Below, one piece after another: positions 39,036-51,334 of a stretch of 62,000 nt of DNA; within the stretch, counting starts at the first letter, position 1; every line of letters begins with the position of its first letter. The notes under the pieces are model-generated. The model was not told where the DNA came from. It did not search any database and saw only the letters and a list, made by a program, of their open reading frames with translations. Source of the stretch: Octopus vulgaris (taxonomy: Eukaryota); the NCBI GenBank assembly GCA_951406725.2, contig OX597834.1, positions 40,134,001-40,196,000 of the forward strand, written 5' to 3'. Made by a program: the position numbers and the translations under genes.

Positions 39036-39712
39036 GATTATGATGATGAATAACAGATTCAATACCAAGAAATGTTCCATGCCAATGATGGACAACTGAA
39101 CTGGACCATTGACCACAAATATATTCGGTTCAGAACTTACTAGTGTCATTATATCATATTCTAACTCTGAGTAACTTTCCTGGTTTTATTTTTCCTTACA
39201 TAAACAGTACCACTCACCACCACTACCACCACAACCACCATCATCATCATCATCATCATCAACCCCACACTTCACGGTTCAATGATTAGCAGTAACAAAA
39301 GCAGCCAACTGTAAAAACAATTGCTGCAACATATTAACAATGGAAGAAATATCTTAATTATGCAAGCAGAGAAAACTCCTTTATCTTGCTTTAAATTTCA
39401 AGCAGGCCGCATATATACATTCACACACACATATTCACACACATAAATATGTGTGTGTTTGTGAGATGCCAGGTGCAATAACCGTATATAAGTAGAAAGA
39501 TGAATGATAATAAGCGTAAGGAAACTATTTGTATTAAAAGCTGCGTATACAATCACATGATGTAAATAAGTCTTATCTTTACAGCTGTTTCGAATAATCA
39601 ATGACTACTTGGTATAATACTGAGGTACAATACTGAGGCAATATAGTAGCTATACACGCAGACAAACCAAAGTATCAACTAGCACAATTTTTGATAGCTC
39701 TGTGCGGTTCAT

Positions 39713-40160
39713 AAGTACATTATCGTAATTGAACAGACAGTCCCACGGGAAGAGGGGTGTAATGAGGCCCATGAATGGAAGCTTGCCAAATGGGAGAGCC
39801 TTCTGCAGGATTGCAAGGAGAAGGGATGGCAGGTATGGTTTTTCCCTGTCGAGGTTGGCTGTAAGGGATTCCCTGCTCAGTCGGCATTGAGGATGCTTAC
39901 AGCCATTCGAACGAGAAGTAGGGAGCAAAGGGTGGCTGTGTACAGGATGGGAGAGACAGCTGAAAGATCCTTTCATTGGCTTTGGAGCAAGAGAGAGGAA
40001 TTAAGCAGGAAGCCAGGAGGAGATGAAGAGCAGTGACATGACCACCTCTGCTGAACCATCAATGGAAGAATGTTACAGTTCAGGGTCTAATAACATCAGT
40101 TCCTCCTGGCCAAGGCTCCATTCACTTTGGTGAATGGAAAAAGTACCTCCTTAAGGCTTT
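39713..40160 (+). mobile_element. 3' end of a HERO-like non-LTR retrotransposon (restriction-like endonuclease domain plus 3' UTR)
   Basis: Open frame to a stop at 40034-40036: IIVIEQTVPREEGCNEAHEWKLAKWESLLQDCKEKGWQVWFFPVEVGCKGFP..., matching the IELTVPWEE / K..KY / PVEVGCRG pattern of site-specific-type elements. Confidence 0.85.
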
Positions 40161-40384
40161 TCTGTTTATCATCATCATCATCATCATCCAGTATTTTAAA
40201 TCTGGGTCAATTTAATATTTGATTTGTTATGAGATTTTTAGAATAATAATTATAAGATATTTAATTAATTTCTATGTAGTTATTATAGATAATATCTTTT
40301 CACAATTGATGGAATAACTAGATAGCGGTTTGTCTCTAAATTATATATATATATATATATAGGGAGAGTTTATGAAAAAAAACA

Positions 40385-40530
40385 AAAGACGAAGACAGGT
40401 GGTGTAGAAAACAAACAGATGTATTAGTATAACGCACAGGAATAGAAAAGTCTTTTACATTTCGAGTCTACACTCTTCTACAGAAAGGGACACAGAAAAA
40501 AACAAGGAGAGAAACCAGGGGAGAAAAAAT
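40385..40530 (-). repeat. Penelope-like terminal fragment; opposite-strand copy at about 56860-56985
   Basis: The two copies match. Each carries a CTGTAGA-A-stem-GAAA motif. Family assignment is inference. Confidence 0.55.
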
Positions 40531-40537
40531 CTGTGTA

Positions 40538-40578
<41 letters not shown>

Positions 40579-41514
40579 TACACACACGACAGGCTTCTTT
40601 CAGTTTCCGTCTACCAAGTCCACTCACAAGTTTGGCTGGCCCAAAGCTATAGTAGAAGACACTTGTCCAAGGTACCACGCAGTGGGACTGAACCTGGAAT
40701 CATGTGGTTGGTAAGCAAGCTTATCCTACATTCATGAAGGAATCAACAACCTCAATTGAATTAATGAAGGTGTTGTTGTGTTGATGCCTTAATAGAGAAG
40801 TGAGGAGCTAAGCAATGATGTTCATGTTTTTACAGAGATGTGAATAGATGTGTTGTGATGTTCATTCCTTTCCCCACATATTGATAAGTGCTTTACAGCC
40901 ACAACTGAAAAATCAAAACTGCATCACAAACCCAGGACTTCTATTTACCAAACTCTCAGCCTAGTGAGAGAATCAGGAATTAGTTTATCAAATGTTGAAG
41001 GAATGGAGAAGAAGAATATTTCAATGGTTTAGAAATTAAAAGTGGAACAGTTCTAAGTTAAGACTCGTATCTTTTTTGGAAGTTTTTTTGACTTTGTTGT
41101 TGAGGAATTCTTGAGTGCCAAACCTATATCTCATATCTTTGGCATTGGAACAATTCTGTTGGTTTGGTTTAAACAAAGTGACAACACAAACAAGAAAGAA
41201 AGTGAAAGAGAGACACAAACGATCAAAGAATATGAGAGAGGGGGAGGGGGAGGAAGAAAGAGGAGAATAGAAGAAAAGAAAGAAGAGAGATAAAGAGAGT
41301 GATAGGGAGAGACAAGAAAGAGAGTAAAGAGAGAAAGAACCAAAGGATGGAGAGAAAGAAAGAAAGAGAAAGAAAGCATGAAAGAAAAAGAAAAGAGAAA
41401 AAGAAATAAAGAGAGAAAGGAAGACAGTGAGGGAGAAAGAGAGACACAAAAGGGAAAAATAGAGAGAGAGAGAGAGAGAGAGAGAAAAGCAAGATGGCTT
41501 ATTGTGTCTCTTAC

Positions 41515-41659
41515 CTTGTGTACATCTTCTATGGTTTTGTTGTATTGTGTTCTCTTTTATACTCTCCAAAGTATCGTAACCCCAGAATTTCTCAAACTCA
41601 TCCCTTCCTCCGTCAACACGGATCCTCGGAAGGTCTTTGTAGCCAATGTCTTTGGCTTG
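41515..41659 (-). CDS. Probable internal coding exon (145 nt, phase 0 to 1) of an unidentified gene: QAKDIGYKDLPRIRVDGGRDEFEKFWGYDTLESIKENTIQQNHRRCTQ
   Basis: Strong acceptor (cctttctgtttttgcag) and donor (CAAG|gtaaga) on the minus strand. Only one of three frames is open. Non-repetitive, protein-like composition within repeat-rich flanks. Confidence 0.68.
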
Positions 41660-41800
41660 CTGCAAAAACAGAAAGGAAACAATGTCAGGAGTTAGAAAAC
41701 CAAATTGTACACATGGGTGTGTGTGTGGGTGTGTGTGTGTGTGTGGCTGCATCCATTTCTACAATAAATATTTTACCATCAGCTTCAATGCCCTCGGTGA

Positions 41801-42173
41801 GTAAACAAACACTTGTGTACTCAATGAGTACAGACCTTATAGCATTTGTAGTAAACAATTATGTACTCGCTTGGAGAGTACGGACCTTATAGTATTTTTA
41901 GTAAACAATTCTGTACTCGCTTGGAGAGTACAGACCGTATAGTATTTTTAGTAAACAATTCTGTACTCGCTTGGAGAGTACAGACCTTATAGTATTTTTA
42001 GTAAACAATTCTGTACTCGCTTGGAGAGTACGGACCGTATAGCATTTTTAGTAAACAATTCTGTACTCGCTTGGAGAGTACAGACCTTATAGCATTTTTA
42101 GTAACAATTCTTTTCTCATTTGAAGAGTACAGACCTTATAGCATTTTTGGTAAACAATTTTGTACTCACTTGA
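41801..42173. repeat. 50-bp tandem array, 7 units plus a partial unit, each with a hairpin
   Basis: gtaaacaa starts at 41801, 41851, 41901, 41951, 42001, 42051, then 42101 (1-bp deletion) and 42150. Stem ctgtactc/gagtacag. Confidence 0.95.
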
Positions 42174-42702
42174 CATAATAGACATAATTATGCCACAAGT
42201 CATAGTTCATCCGAAACAGCTGTCAAGATCAGACTATTACATCATTCCTTTTATCAGTTTGTATTCCATGTAAATACACTAGCCTACTTTGTTTATCTGC
42301 TTTCTTCATTTCTGTACACACACACACACACACAGACACACACACATTTATACATAGGCAAGAGATTTCTATTACAGCCTTGAGCTAGCCACTGCTTTGT
42401 GAATAGAATTAATAGACAGAAACTGTATGAAGGCCACTGTGTGTGTGTGTGTGTGTGTGTGTGTGAAGAGGCAGGACATAGACAGAAAAAACAAAGATGA
42501 TGATGACGATGATTATGATGACAGCAGCAACAATCATGATGAAAAAGATTATGATGATGGCTATGATGATTTTATATACCCTGAGCCGAACAGTGGGTAT
42601 ATAATACAGACAGACATACAGATATACAGTGAAATGCATAGAAATATATTTTCAAAGTGAGTACGTCTACACCCAATGTCACCCACCCTCGGGGGTACTC
42701 AC

Positions 42703-42741
42703 CCCTGAGTATAATGCTTCAATAGTTTTCTTCATCTCCAC
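42703..42741 (-). CDS. Candidate 39-nt exon (phase 0 to 0), VEMKKTIEALYSG
   Basis: Acceptor ctaacaacag and consensus donor GGG|gtgagt. Only one frame is open and its phase joins the 41659 exon. Confidence 0.4.
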
Positions 42742-42890
42742 CTGTTGTTAGCTTCGATGACAACAAAGGCTTCATTGATGTGAGTTATGAAAGCAAACAT
42801 TCATACTTGTCAGACCCAGCATACTTCACTCATCTTCCCCGGGTACCACACAACCGTTATCTCTCTTCCACCTCCACTCGGTGACCGAAT

Positions 42891-42925
<35 letters not shown>

Positions 42926-43099
42926 GGCTTCATTGATGTAAGATATAAGTGAAATGTTAAAGCATGTGTATGAATGTGATTAGCACAGTTCTACACAGTC
43001 GGGCATTTGTTGTAGTTGAATAATGACTTTGTTGTTGTTGCTGTTGCTGTTGTTGTTGTATGGGCTTTTTTCTTGGTGAGATGAGGGTGGAAGGAAAAG

Positions 43100-43134
<35 letters not shown>

Positions 43135-43153
43135 TACATTCACATTTAGCTCT

Positions 43154-43210
<57 letters not shown>

Positions 43211-43439
43211 CCAAGAGTAGTCATGTGGTAAGAAGCTTGCTTCCCAACCACATGGTTCCAGGTTCAGCTCCACCGCATGGAAACTTGGGCAAGTGTCATC
43301 TACTGTGGCCTAGGGCCAACCAAAGCCTTGTGAGTGGATTTGATAGACAGAAACTGAAAGAAGTCTGTTGTATATATATACAACAGACTTCTTTCAGTTT
43401 ATATATATATATATATATAAATATATATAAAAGAGTAAA

Positions 43440-43530
<91 letters not shown>

Positions 43531-43577
43531 AAAGCAGCAGAAATACAACAAAAGCTGTTACTCAGAGTTTCACGTTT

Positions 43578-43902
43578 CCGTTCGGTCATGAATAACCATG
43601 GGATTTGACCTAGAAAGTTCCCTTCCTAGGCACAAGTCCAGGCAAGGTTGTTTATGGAAGTCACCCATGCATACCAGCCTCTTCTTTCCACATCACCGAT
43701 GTTATCCAAGGGAAAGGCAAAAATGGCCGATACACCTTGGCACCAGGGACATCGCAACTCGTTTCTACTTCTGAGAGAACTAGAGCAGCGTGAAATAAAG
43801 TGTCTTGCTCAAGAACACAACATGCAACCTGGTATGGGAATTGAACTCACTACCTCATGATTGGGAGCCTGACCCTCTAACCACTGAGCCATGCACCTTC
43901 AC
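43578..43902 (-). mobile_element. SINE family E, full length
   Basis: Homologous to 27125-27441 and to 51720-51930 (plus). Confidence 0.85.
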
Positions 43903-44554
43903 ACATTTTAAGTGAGGAACACATATTTTAGCCTTTGGCACACTACATTTTCTCTAGAACTGTTTTCCCTGGCACTGCTCTGTTACTTCATCCTCATCAT
44001 CATCCTCATTATCATTTAACATCCGTTGTCCATGCTGGCATGGGTTGGACTGTTTGACCAGAGCTGGCAAGCTGGGCAGAGCTGTGCCAAACTCCAGTCT
44101 GCTTTGGCACAGTTTCTATGGCTGGATGCCCTCCCTAATGCCAACCACATTACAGAGTGTGCTGGGTGCTTTTTACATGGAACTGCACTGGTGCTTTTAC
44201 ATGGTGCCATATGAGCGCTTTTACGTGGCACCACATTCGACTCTTCTACATGGCACTACACAGGCACTCCTAAGTGGCACCCCATGGACACTTTTATATG
44301 GCACCGCCAAGAGTGCTTTACATCACCAGAAGGACCGGTGTTAACATTTCTGCTGAGGAGTATAGGTCTTCTTCAGTAGAGGGGGAGAAAACTCATATGG
44401 TAACATTATGCACCTACAGAGTGCTTAAGGTTAATACAACAGGTGTGGTACAGAGGTACACAGTTGTACCACACAGTGGGTTAACTAACAGAATATGGTA
44501 ATGAATAAAGATATTATTAAATCATGCAACAATATTGTGTAAGTATACTATTTA

Positions 44555-44950
44555 CTCTTTTACACTTTTACTTGTTTCAGTCATTTGACTGTGGACATGC
44601 TGGAGCACTGCCTTTAGTCGAGCAAATCGACCCCAGGACTTATTCGTCTATCGGTCTCTTTTGCTGAACTGCTAAGTTACGAGGACATAAACACACCAGC
44701 ATCTGTTGTCAAGCGATGTTGGAGGAACAAACACAGACACACAAACATATACACACACATAAATATACATATATACATACACATATGCGACGGGCTTCTT
44801 TCAGTTTCCATCTACCAAATCCACTCACAAGGCTTTGGTCGGTCCGAGGCTATAGTAGAAGCCACTTGCCTAAGGTGCCATGCAGTGGGACTGAACCCGG
44901 AACCATGTGGTTGGTAAGCAAACTACTTACCACACAGCCACTCCTGTGCC
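44555..44950 (-). mobile_element. Full-length SINE family B
   Basis: Matches 6904-7347 with a short internal deletion. Confidence 0.87.
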
Positions 44951-45059
44951 TATATATATGTATTTATGCAATTACATACACTTTTGATTATACAGCCTAC
45001 ACCAGTGTGTATATATACAATGTGAATATACATTAAGTATGTATAATTATAAGTGTTGT

Positions 45060-45206
45060 CTGTAATAGACAGACAGACAAGAATGGATAGCTAGGGAGAA
45101 AGAGAGAGAGACAGAGAGAGAGACGGATAAATAGATGGACAGATAGAGAGAGAGAGAATAGAAAGAGATGGATAAATAGATAGAGAGAGAGGAGATGGAT
45201 AGATAG

Positions 45207-45262
<56 letters not shown>

Positions 45263-45436
45263 TGGATAGATAGATAGATAGATAGATAGATATAGAAAAA
45301 TAGATAGATAGATAGATATAGAGAAAAAGAGAGAGAGACAGATAGAAACAGATAAATAGATGGATAAATAGAGAGATAGATATAGAAATGGATGGATGGA
45401 TGGATAGATAGATGGATGGATGGCTGGATACATGCA

Positions 45437-45470
<34 letters not shown>

Positions 45471-45512
45471 CATACATACATACATACATACATACATACA
45501 TACATACATACA

Positions 45513-45546
<34 letters not shown>

Positions 45547-45600
45547 CATACATACATACATACATTAATACATACATATATACACATGTACATACATACA
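45060..45600. repeat. (AG)n/(AGAT)n/(ACAT)n compound microsatellite
   Basis: Read directly from the sequence. Confidence 0.95.
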
Positions 45601-45859
45601 TAAAAAGACTTAGAGATTGTAGAGAGCTGACAATATAGAATAATGAGACGGGTCAAAACAAATATTGATCTGATGAAGAATTGGAAAATACAAAAAAATC
45701 ATGTTTTCATGGAAAAAGAAAAAAAAATAATGAAAAAGAAACAAAAAAGAAAGATGAGAAATCTTTCCATAGTAACAAAAGTGCAGATATCATTTCAAAC
45801 TAATTAAATATATTTTTTTTGTAACAAGACTACAGTGTCAATAACAACAACAACAACAC

Positions 45860-45890
<31 letters not shown>

Positions 45891-45932
45891 TATAATAATA
45901 ATAATGATATTAATAATAATAATAATTATAAT

Positions 45933-45998
<66 letters not shown>

Positions 45999-46019
45999 AA
46001 TAATGATATTAATAATTTA

Positions 46020-46724
46020 TTCTTTTATTGGCCACAAATTTCAAATTTTGGCGCAAGGCCAGCAAGTTCCGGGCCAGGATTAAATTGATTACATTGACCC
46101 CAGAGTTCAACTGGTATTTATTTTATCAAATCTGAAAGGATGAACCCAGAATTTAAAAAATGGACGAAATTCCACAAACCATTTTACCTAGTGTGCTAAT
46201 GATTCGGTCAGCTCACCACCTTAGTAGTAGTGGGAGTAGTAGTAGTAGTAGTAGAAGTAGTAGTAGTACTAGTAATGATAATTATTATTATTTCTACTCT
46301 AGGCACAAGGCCTTGAAAATTTTTGGGGGAAGGGGGCCAGTCGATTACATCAATTCTAGTGTGTAACTGGTACTTATTTCATTGACCCTGAAAGGATGAA
46401 AGGCAAAATCGACCTCAGCAGAATTTGAACTCAGAACATAATGGCAGACGAAATACCACTAAGCATTTCGCCCGGCATGCTAACAATTCTTATTTCTTTA
46501 TTGCCCACAAGGGGCTAAACATAGAGGGGACAAACAAGAACAGAGAAAGGGATTAAGTCAATTACATCAACCCCAGTGCATAACTGGTACTTAATTTATT
46601 GACCCTGAAAGGATGAAAGGCAAAGTCGACTGTGGCAGAATTTGAACTCAGAACATAAAGACAGACGAAATACCACTAAGCATCTCGCCTGGTGTGCTAA
46701 CGTTTCTGCCAGCTCAACGCCTTA

Positions 46725-46758
<34 letters not shown>

Positions 46759-47205
46759 GTTTCAAATTTTGGCACAAAGCCAGTATATGTGGGGGAGGGT
46801 TAAAGTTGATTATATCAACCCCCAGTGCTCAACTGGTACTTAATTTATTGACCCTGAAAGGATAAAAAGACAAAGTTGACCTCAGCAGAATTTGAACTCA
46901 GAACATAGCGCTGGGTAGATTACCGTTAAGCATTTCACCTGGATTGCTAACAATTCTGCCAGCTCACCACCTCGATAATAATAATAATAATCCTACTATA
47001 GGAACAAGGCTTGAAATTTTGGGGGAGGGGACCAATCGATTACGTCGAGCCCAGTACTCAGCTGGTACTTAATTTATCAACCCTGAAAGGATGACAGGCA
47101 AAGTCGACCTCGGTGGAATTTGAACTCAGAATGTAGCAGCAGACGAAATACTGCTAAGTAATTTTGTCCACAATGCTAACGATTCTGCCAGCTCACTGCC
47201 TTGAT
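46020..47205 (-). mobile_element. Cluster of five co-oriented SINE A/G copies separated by (AAT)n/(AGT)n
   Basis: The core ...gaaaggatgaaaggcaaagtcgacc... or a diverged remnant occurs in about 46030-46225, 46280-46487, 46490-46722, 46755-46972 and 46990-47202. Confidence 0.88.
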
Positions 47206-47238
47206 AAAAATAATAATAATAATGATGATAATAATAAT

Positions 47239-47269
<31 letters not shown>

Positions 47270-47374
47270 TAATAATAATAATAATAATAATTAATAATAA
47301 TAATAATAATAATAGTAATAATAATGATGATGATGATGATGATAGTAATAGGTTGTGTTAGTGTTTCATACTCT

Positions 47375-47950
47375 TTTACTTGTTTCAGTCATTTGACTGT
47401 GGCCATGCTGGAGCACCGCCTTTAGTCAAGCAAATCAACCCCTAGTACTTCTATCAGTCTCTTTTGCCAAACCATTAAGTTATGGGGACATATACACACC
47501 AGCATCGGTTGTCAAGCTATGTTGGGGGGACAAACAAATACACACACATGCACATATATATATATATATTAAAATTATAAATTACGGTATCTACGAGATA
47601 CCACCATGCTGAAAATAGCAGCCATGATCCGACTCTAAAACCACCTAAAGTTTTCCTATAGCAACATGGAGAGAAGACAAATAGAATGTAAGTATTCGTA
47701 TGTTGTATTTATATATATATGTGTAGGTTCGTTATTTTATTTTAAATTAATGATCTTATCCTTATTTATATAAATTGATATATATACACCAGGCTTCTTT
47801 CAGTTTCCATCTACCAAATCCACTCACAAGGCTTTGGTCAGCCCGAGGCTATAGCAGAAGACACTTGCCCAAGGTGCCATGCAGTGGGACTGAACCCGGA
47901 ACCATGTGGTTCGTAAGCAAGCTACTAACCACACAGCCACTCCTACGCCT
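47375..47950 (-). mobile_element. SINE family B split by an insert of about 210 bp in its internal (TA)n
   Basis: 3' half at 47375-47565 and 5' half at 47780-47950, colinear. Confidence 0.75.
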
Positions 47951-47981
47951 ATGTTGATAGTTAATAGTAAATAGTGAAATG

Positions 47982-48016
<35 letters not shown>

Positions 48017-48302
48017 GGAGAAGGACAATATTTATGGCACAGACTGCAGTACGTAGAGAAAGTACAATAGACAGACACACCATTTCTCGCTAAAGGTCAC
48101 TGCTGTATCTCATTAAAGTTACTCAGAAAATTGATATTTCCACTGTTTTCTATATACCAATTGTCTGTGAATATAATTTTATAATTAAGGTCCAGCTTGT
48201 CACTCGACTAATTAATGCCAATTCAACTAATTCTAATGTCAATAATATGCTAATTATGCCATATTTTAAACGAACTCGGTTGCAATCAGAAGGATGATGA
48301 AT

Positions 48303-48413
<111 letters not shown>

Positions 48414-49394
48414 GTGTGTGTGTGTGTGTTGTGTCTTTTTTTTTCGTTTTGTTTTATGAAGGTATGGCTGTGTGGTCAAGAAAATTTCTTGCTTCCCAAC
48501 TACACGTTTCCAGGTTCAATTCCACTGCACGGCACCTTGGGCAAGTATTTTCTGTTATGGCTCTCAGCTGACCAAAGCCTTGGGAATGGATTTGATAGAG
48601 GGAAACTAAAAGAATTCCGTCGTATATGTCTAGATATCATGTGATGTTTGTAAATGAGTATTGTCGTCATAGAAACGAGATTGTTAGTTTCTAGTCTTCA
48701 GTGAAAAACCTGTCAGGCCATGGAGAAATATTGCCCTGCTTGGAAACAGGTGAGGGTTGGCAACAGGAGGGGCATCCAGCCGTAGATAATCTGTCTCAGC
48801 AAATTCTGTGTGGCCCACTCAGGCATGGAAGAGAGGACATTAAAATGGTGTGTGTTTGTGTGCATATGTGAAAGAATGTGAGTGGGAGTGTGGGGGGGAG
48901 GAGTGGGGGAGTGCTTGTGTGTGCTTGTGTGTGTGTGAGTGTACTTGTGTGTGTGTGTGTGAGTGTGCTTTTGTGAGTGTGTGTGTGAGTGTACTTGTGT
49001 GTGTGTCAGTGTGCTTGTGTGTGTGTGCTTGTGTGTGTGTGTGTGAGTGTACTTGTGTGTGTGTGTGAGTGTGCTTGTGTGTGTGTTTCCACATCTTGAC
49101 ATCGTGCAGTAGTTGTAAAGGAGTGTCACCCTCACAGGACTGGTGTCGTTCATTTCTGATTTTCTATATGAGGGTTGGCAACAGGAAGAGCATCCAGACA
49201 CAGAAACTCTGCCTCGATAAACTCCATCCGACCCATGCAGTCATGGAAAAGTGGACATTAAAACAACAACGGTTGTGGCGGTGAAGGTGATGACGATGAC
49301 AATGACAACGGTGATGACAGCAATAATGCTGATGATGACAACTTTACTATCAGCACTACCACATGACTGAAAATTTCCAGGTCCAGTCCCATCA

Positions 49395-50312
49395 TGTTTG
49401 GCAGACAGGCTCCAGTCTGATCTGGCAGTGTTTCTACAACTGGATGCCCTTCCTAACGCCGACCACTCCGAGAGTGTACTTTTTACTTAATTTATTGACC
49501 CCGAAAGGATGAAAGGCAAAGTCGACCTCGGCAGAATTTGAACTCAGGACATAAAGACAGACAAAATGCCTATTTCTTTACTACCCACAAGGGGCTAAAC
49601 ACAGAGGGGACAAACAAGGACAGACAAACGGATTGAGTCGATTATGTCGACCCCAGTGCGTAACTGGTACTTATTTGATCGACCCCGAAAGGATGAAGGT
49701 GCCAGGGGAGGCTGGCAATGGCGATGATCGGTTGGTGCTTTTTACGTGCCACCGGCACGGAAGCCAGTCAAGGCGGCGCTGGCATCGGCCACGTAGGGGT
49801 GGTGCTTTTTACCTGCCACCAGCACAGGTATCACAACTACAATTTCCATTTGATTTTTTGATGTTGATGTACTTGACTCAATAGTTCTCCTCAAGCACAG
49901 CAGGTTGCCTTATGATCCAAGGTAAGCACAGCAGGCCATCCTGCGATCCAAGGCACTTTGGATGGGCTGGGGCTGCTATGTGAAGCTGGTGCAGGAAACA
50001 GCCATGAACTCACGTTATTTGCTGGGTCTTCGCAGTCACAGAATATCTCCAGAGGTCTTGGTCTTTTGTCATTGCCTCTGTGAGGCCCAACGTTCGAAGG
50101 TCATGCTTGACCACCTCATCCCATGTCTTCTTGGGTCTACCTCTACCCCGGATTCCTTCAGCTGTATGGGAGCGGCACTTTTTCACACATCTCTCTTCAT
50201 CCATCCATAGTACCTGACCATACCAGCGCAGATGTCTCTCTTGCACGCCACATCCGATGCTTCTTATGTCCAGCATTTCTCTCACTGACATTACACATCC
50301 AGCAGATCATGC
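49395..50312 (-). mobile_element. 5'-truncated RTE-clade LINE (ORF C-terminus plus 3' UTR), interrupted by SINE A sequence at 49482-49698
   Basis: ORF 50010-50291 reads HLRWYGQV ... GRGRPKKTW, typical of the RTE C-terminus. It runs into the family C repeat. Confidence 0.9.
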
Positions 50313-50318
50313 TAGCAT

Positions 50319-50373
<55 letters not shown>

Positions 50374-51295
50374 AATGTAAAAAAATACAAACTGGGACAA
50401 GAACGCGAAACATTTAGAAGACGATACAAAAACACGGACGGGACATTCGAAGCCTTCAATCTTCAGTCAAGAACCGGATCATCCTCGCAATTTCTGCTAA
50501 TGTATATATACACACACACACACACACGATGACCGTCTTTCTGATTCTGTCTACCAATTCCTCAAAGAGAGATAACTCTTCTTAGCGGAGTCTACTTGAC
50601 TGACAAAACGATGATGAATTTTGTTTTCTGAAAAAGCAACATTTTGGACATACGACACTTTTGCATAATAGTAGAATGATTTTTTGAGAAACAAGCATGG
50701 AAAAATTGGACATTAAATGACGGCGGCGGCGGTGGTGGTGGTGGTGACGGTGGTGGTGACGGTGGTGAGGGTAGTGGTGGTTATAATGGTGGTGGTTATG
50801 ATGGTGGTGATGGTGGTTATGATGGTGGTTATGATGGTGGTTATGATGGTGGTTATGATGGTGGTGGTGGTGGCGACCCAGAGTTTAAACAACAGCAACA
50901 ATTGCCAAGTGAATGAGGATAATGTAGTTCTAGATAAACTGTGTCTAAATAAAGGACGGGATGGTCATGGTTGGGATACAGCACCTGCGGCGTCTCTCAC
51001 AACAGCCTCGGATTCACTAAAACCTTGTCAATGGAATCTAACAAACGGAAACTGCAAATGACTTGTCTTCGGTGCTTGTGCGCGTGTGTAAGGGAGAGAG
51101 AGAGGATGTGGAAGTGAAAGTTGTGGGTGTGGGTGGGTGCGTGCGTGCGCGTGCGGGAGGGATTTAAATTGACTGTAATAAAGTTTAACTAAAGTGAAGT
51201 TGCAGTCGGCAACGGAATGCTTTGACGAATATGATGTAAGGGAGGTAACTGTGTTTGGCCTGTTTGCTGAGATGATCAGAAATGTCATTTTTTTT

Positions 51296-51334
<39 letters not shown>

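Noticed and set aside
39650-39976. 108-aa minus-strand ORF in the track
   Set aside because: Antisense shadow of the plus-strand endonuclease frame.
41515-41659. Assigning a gene symbol to the exon
   Set aside because: I do not recognise the peptide; any name would be a guess.
47653-47678. Short plus-strand AG...GTAAGT exon-like segments here and near 25970 and 56490
   Set aside because: Such signals are expected by chance in AT-rich DNA and have no independent support.
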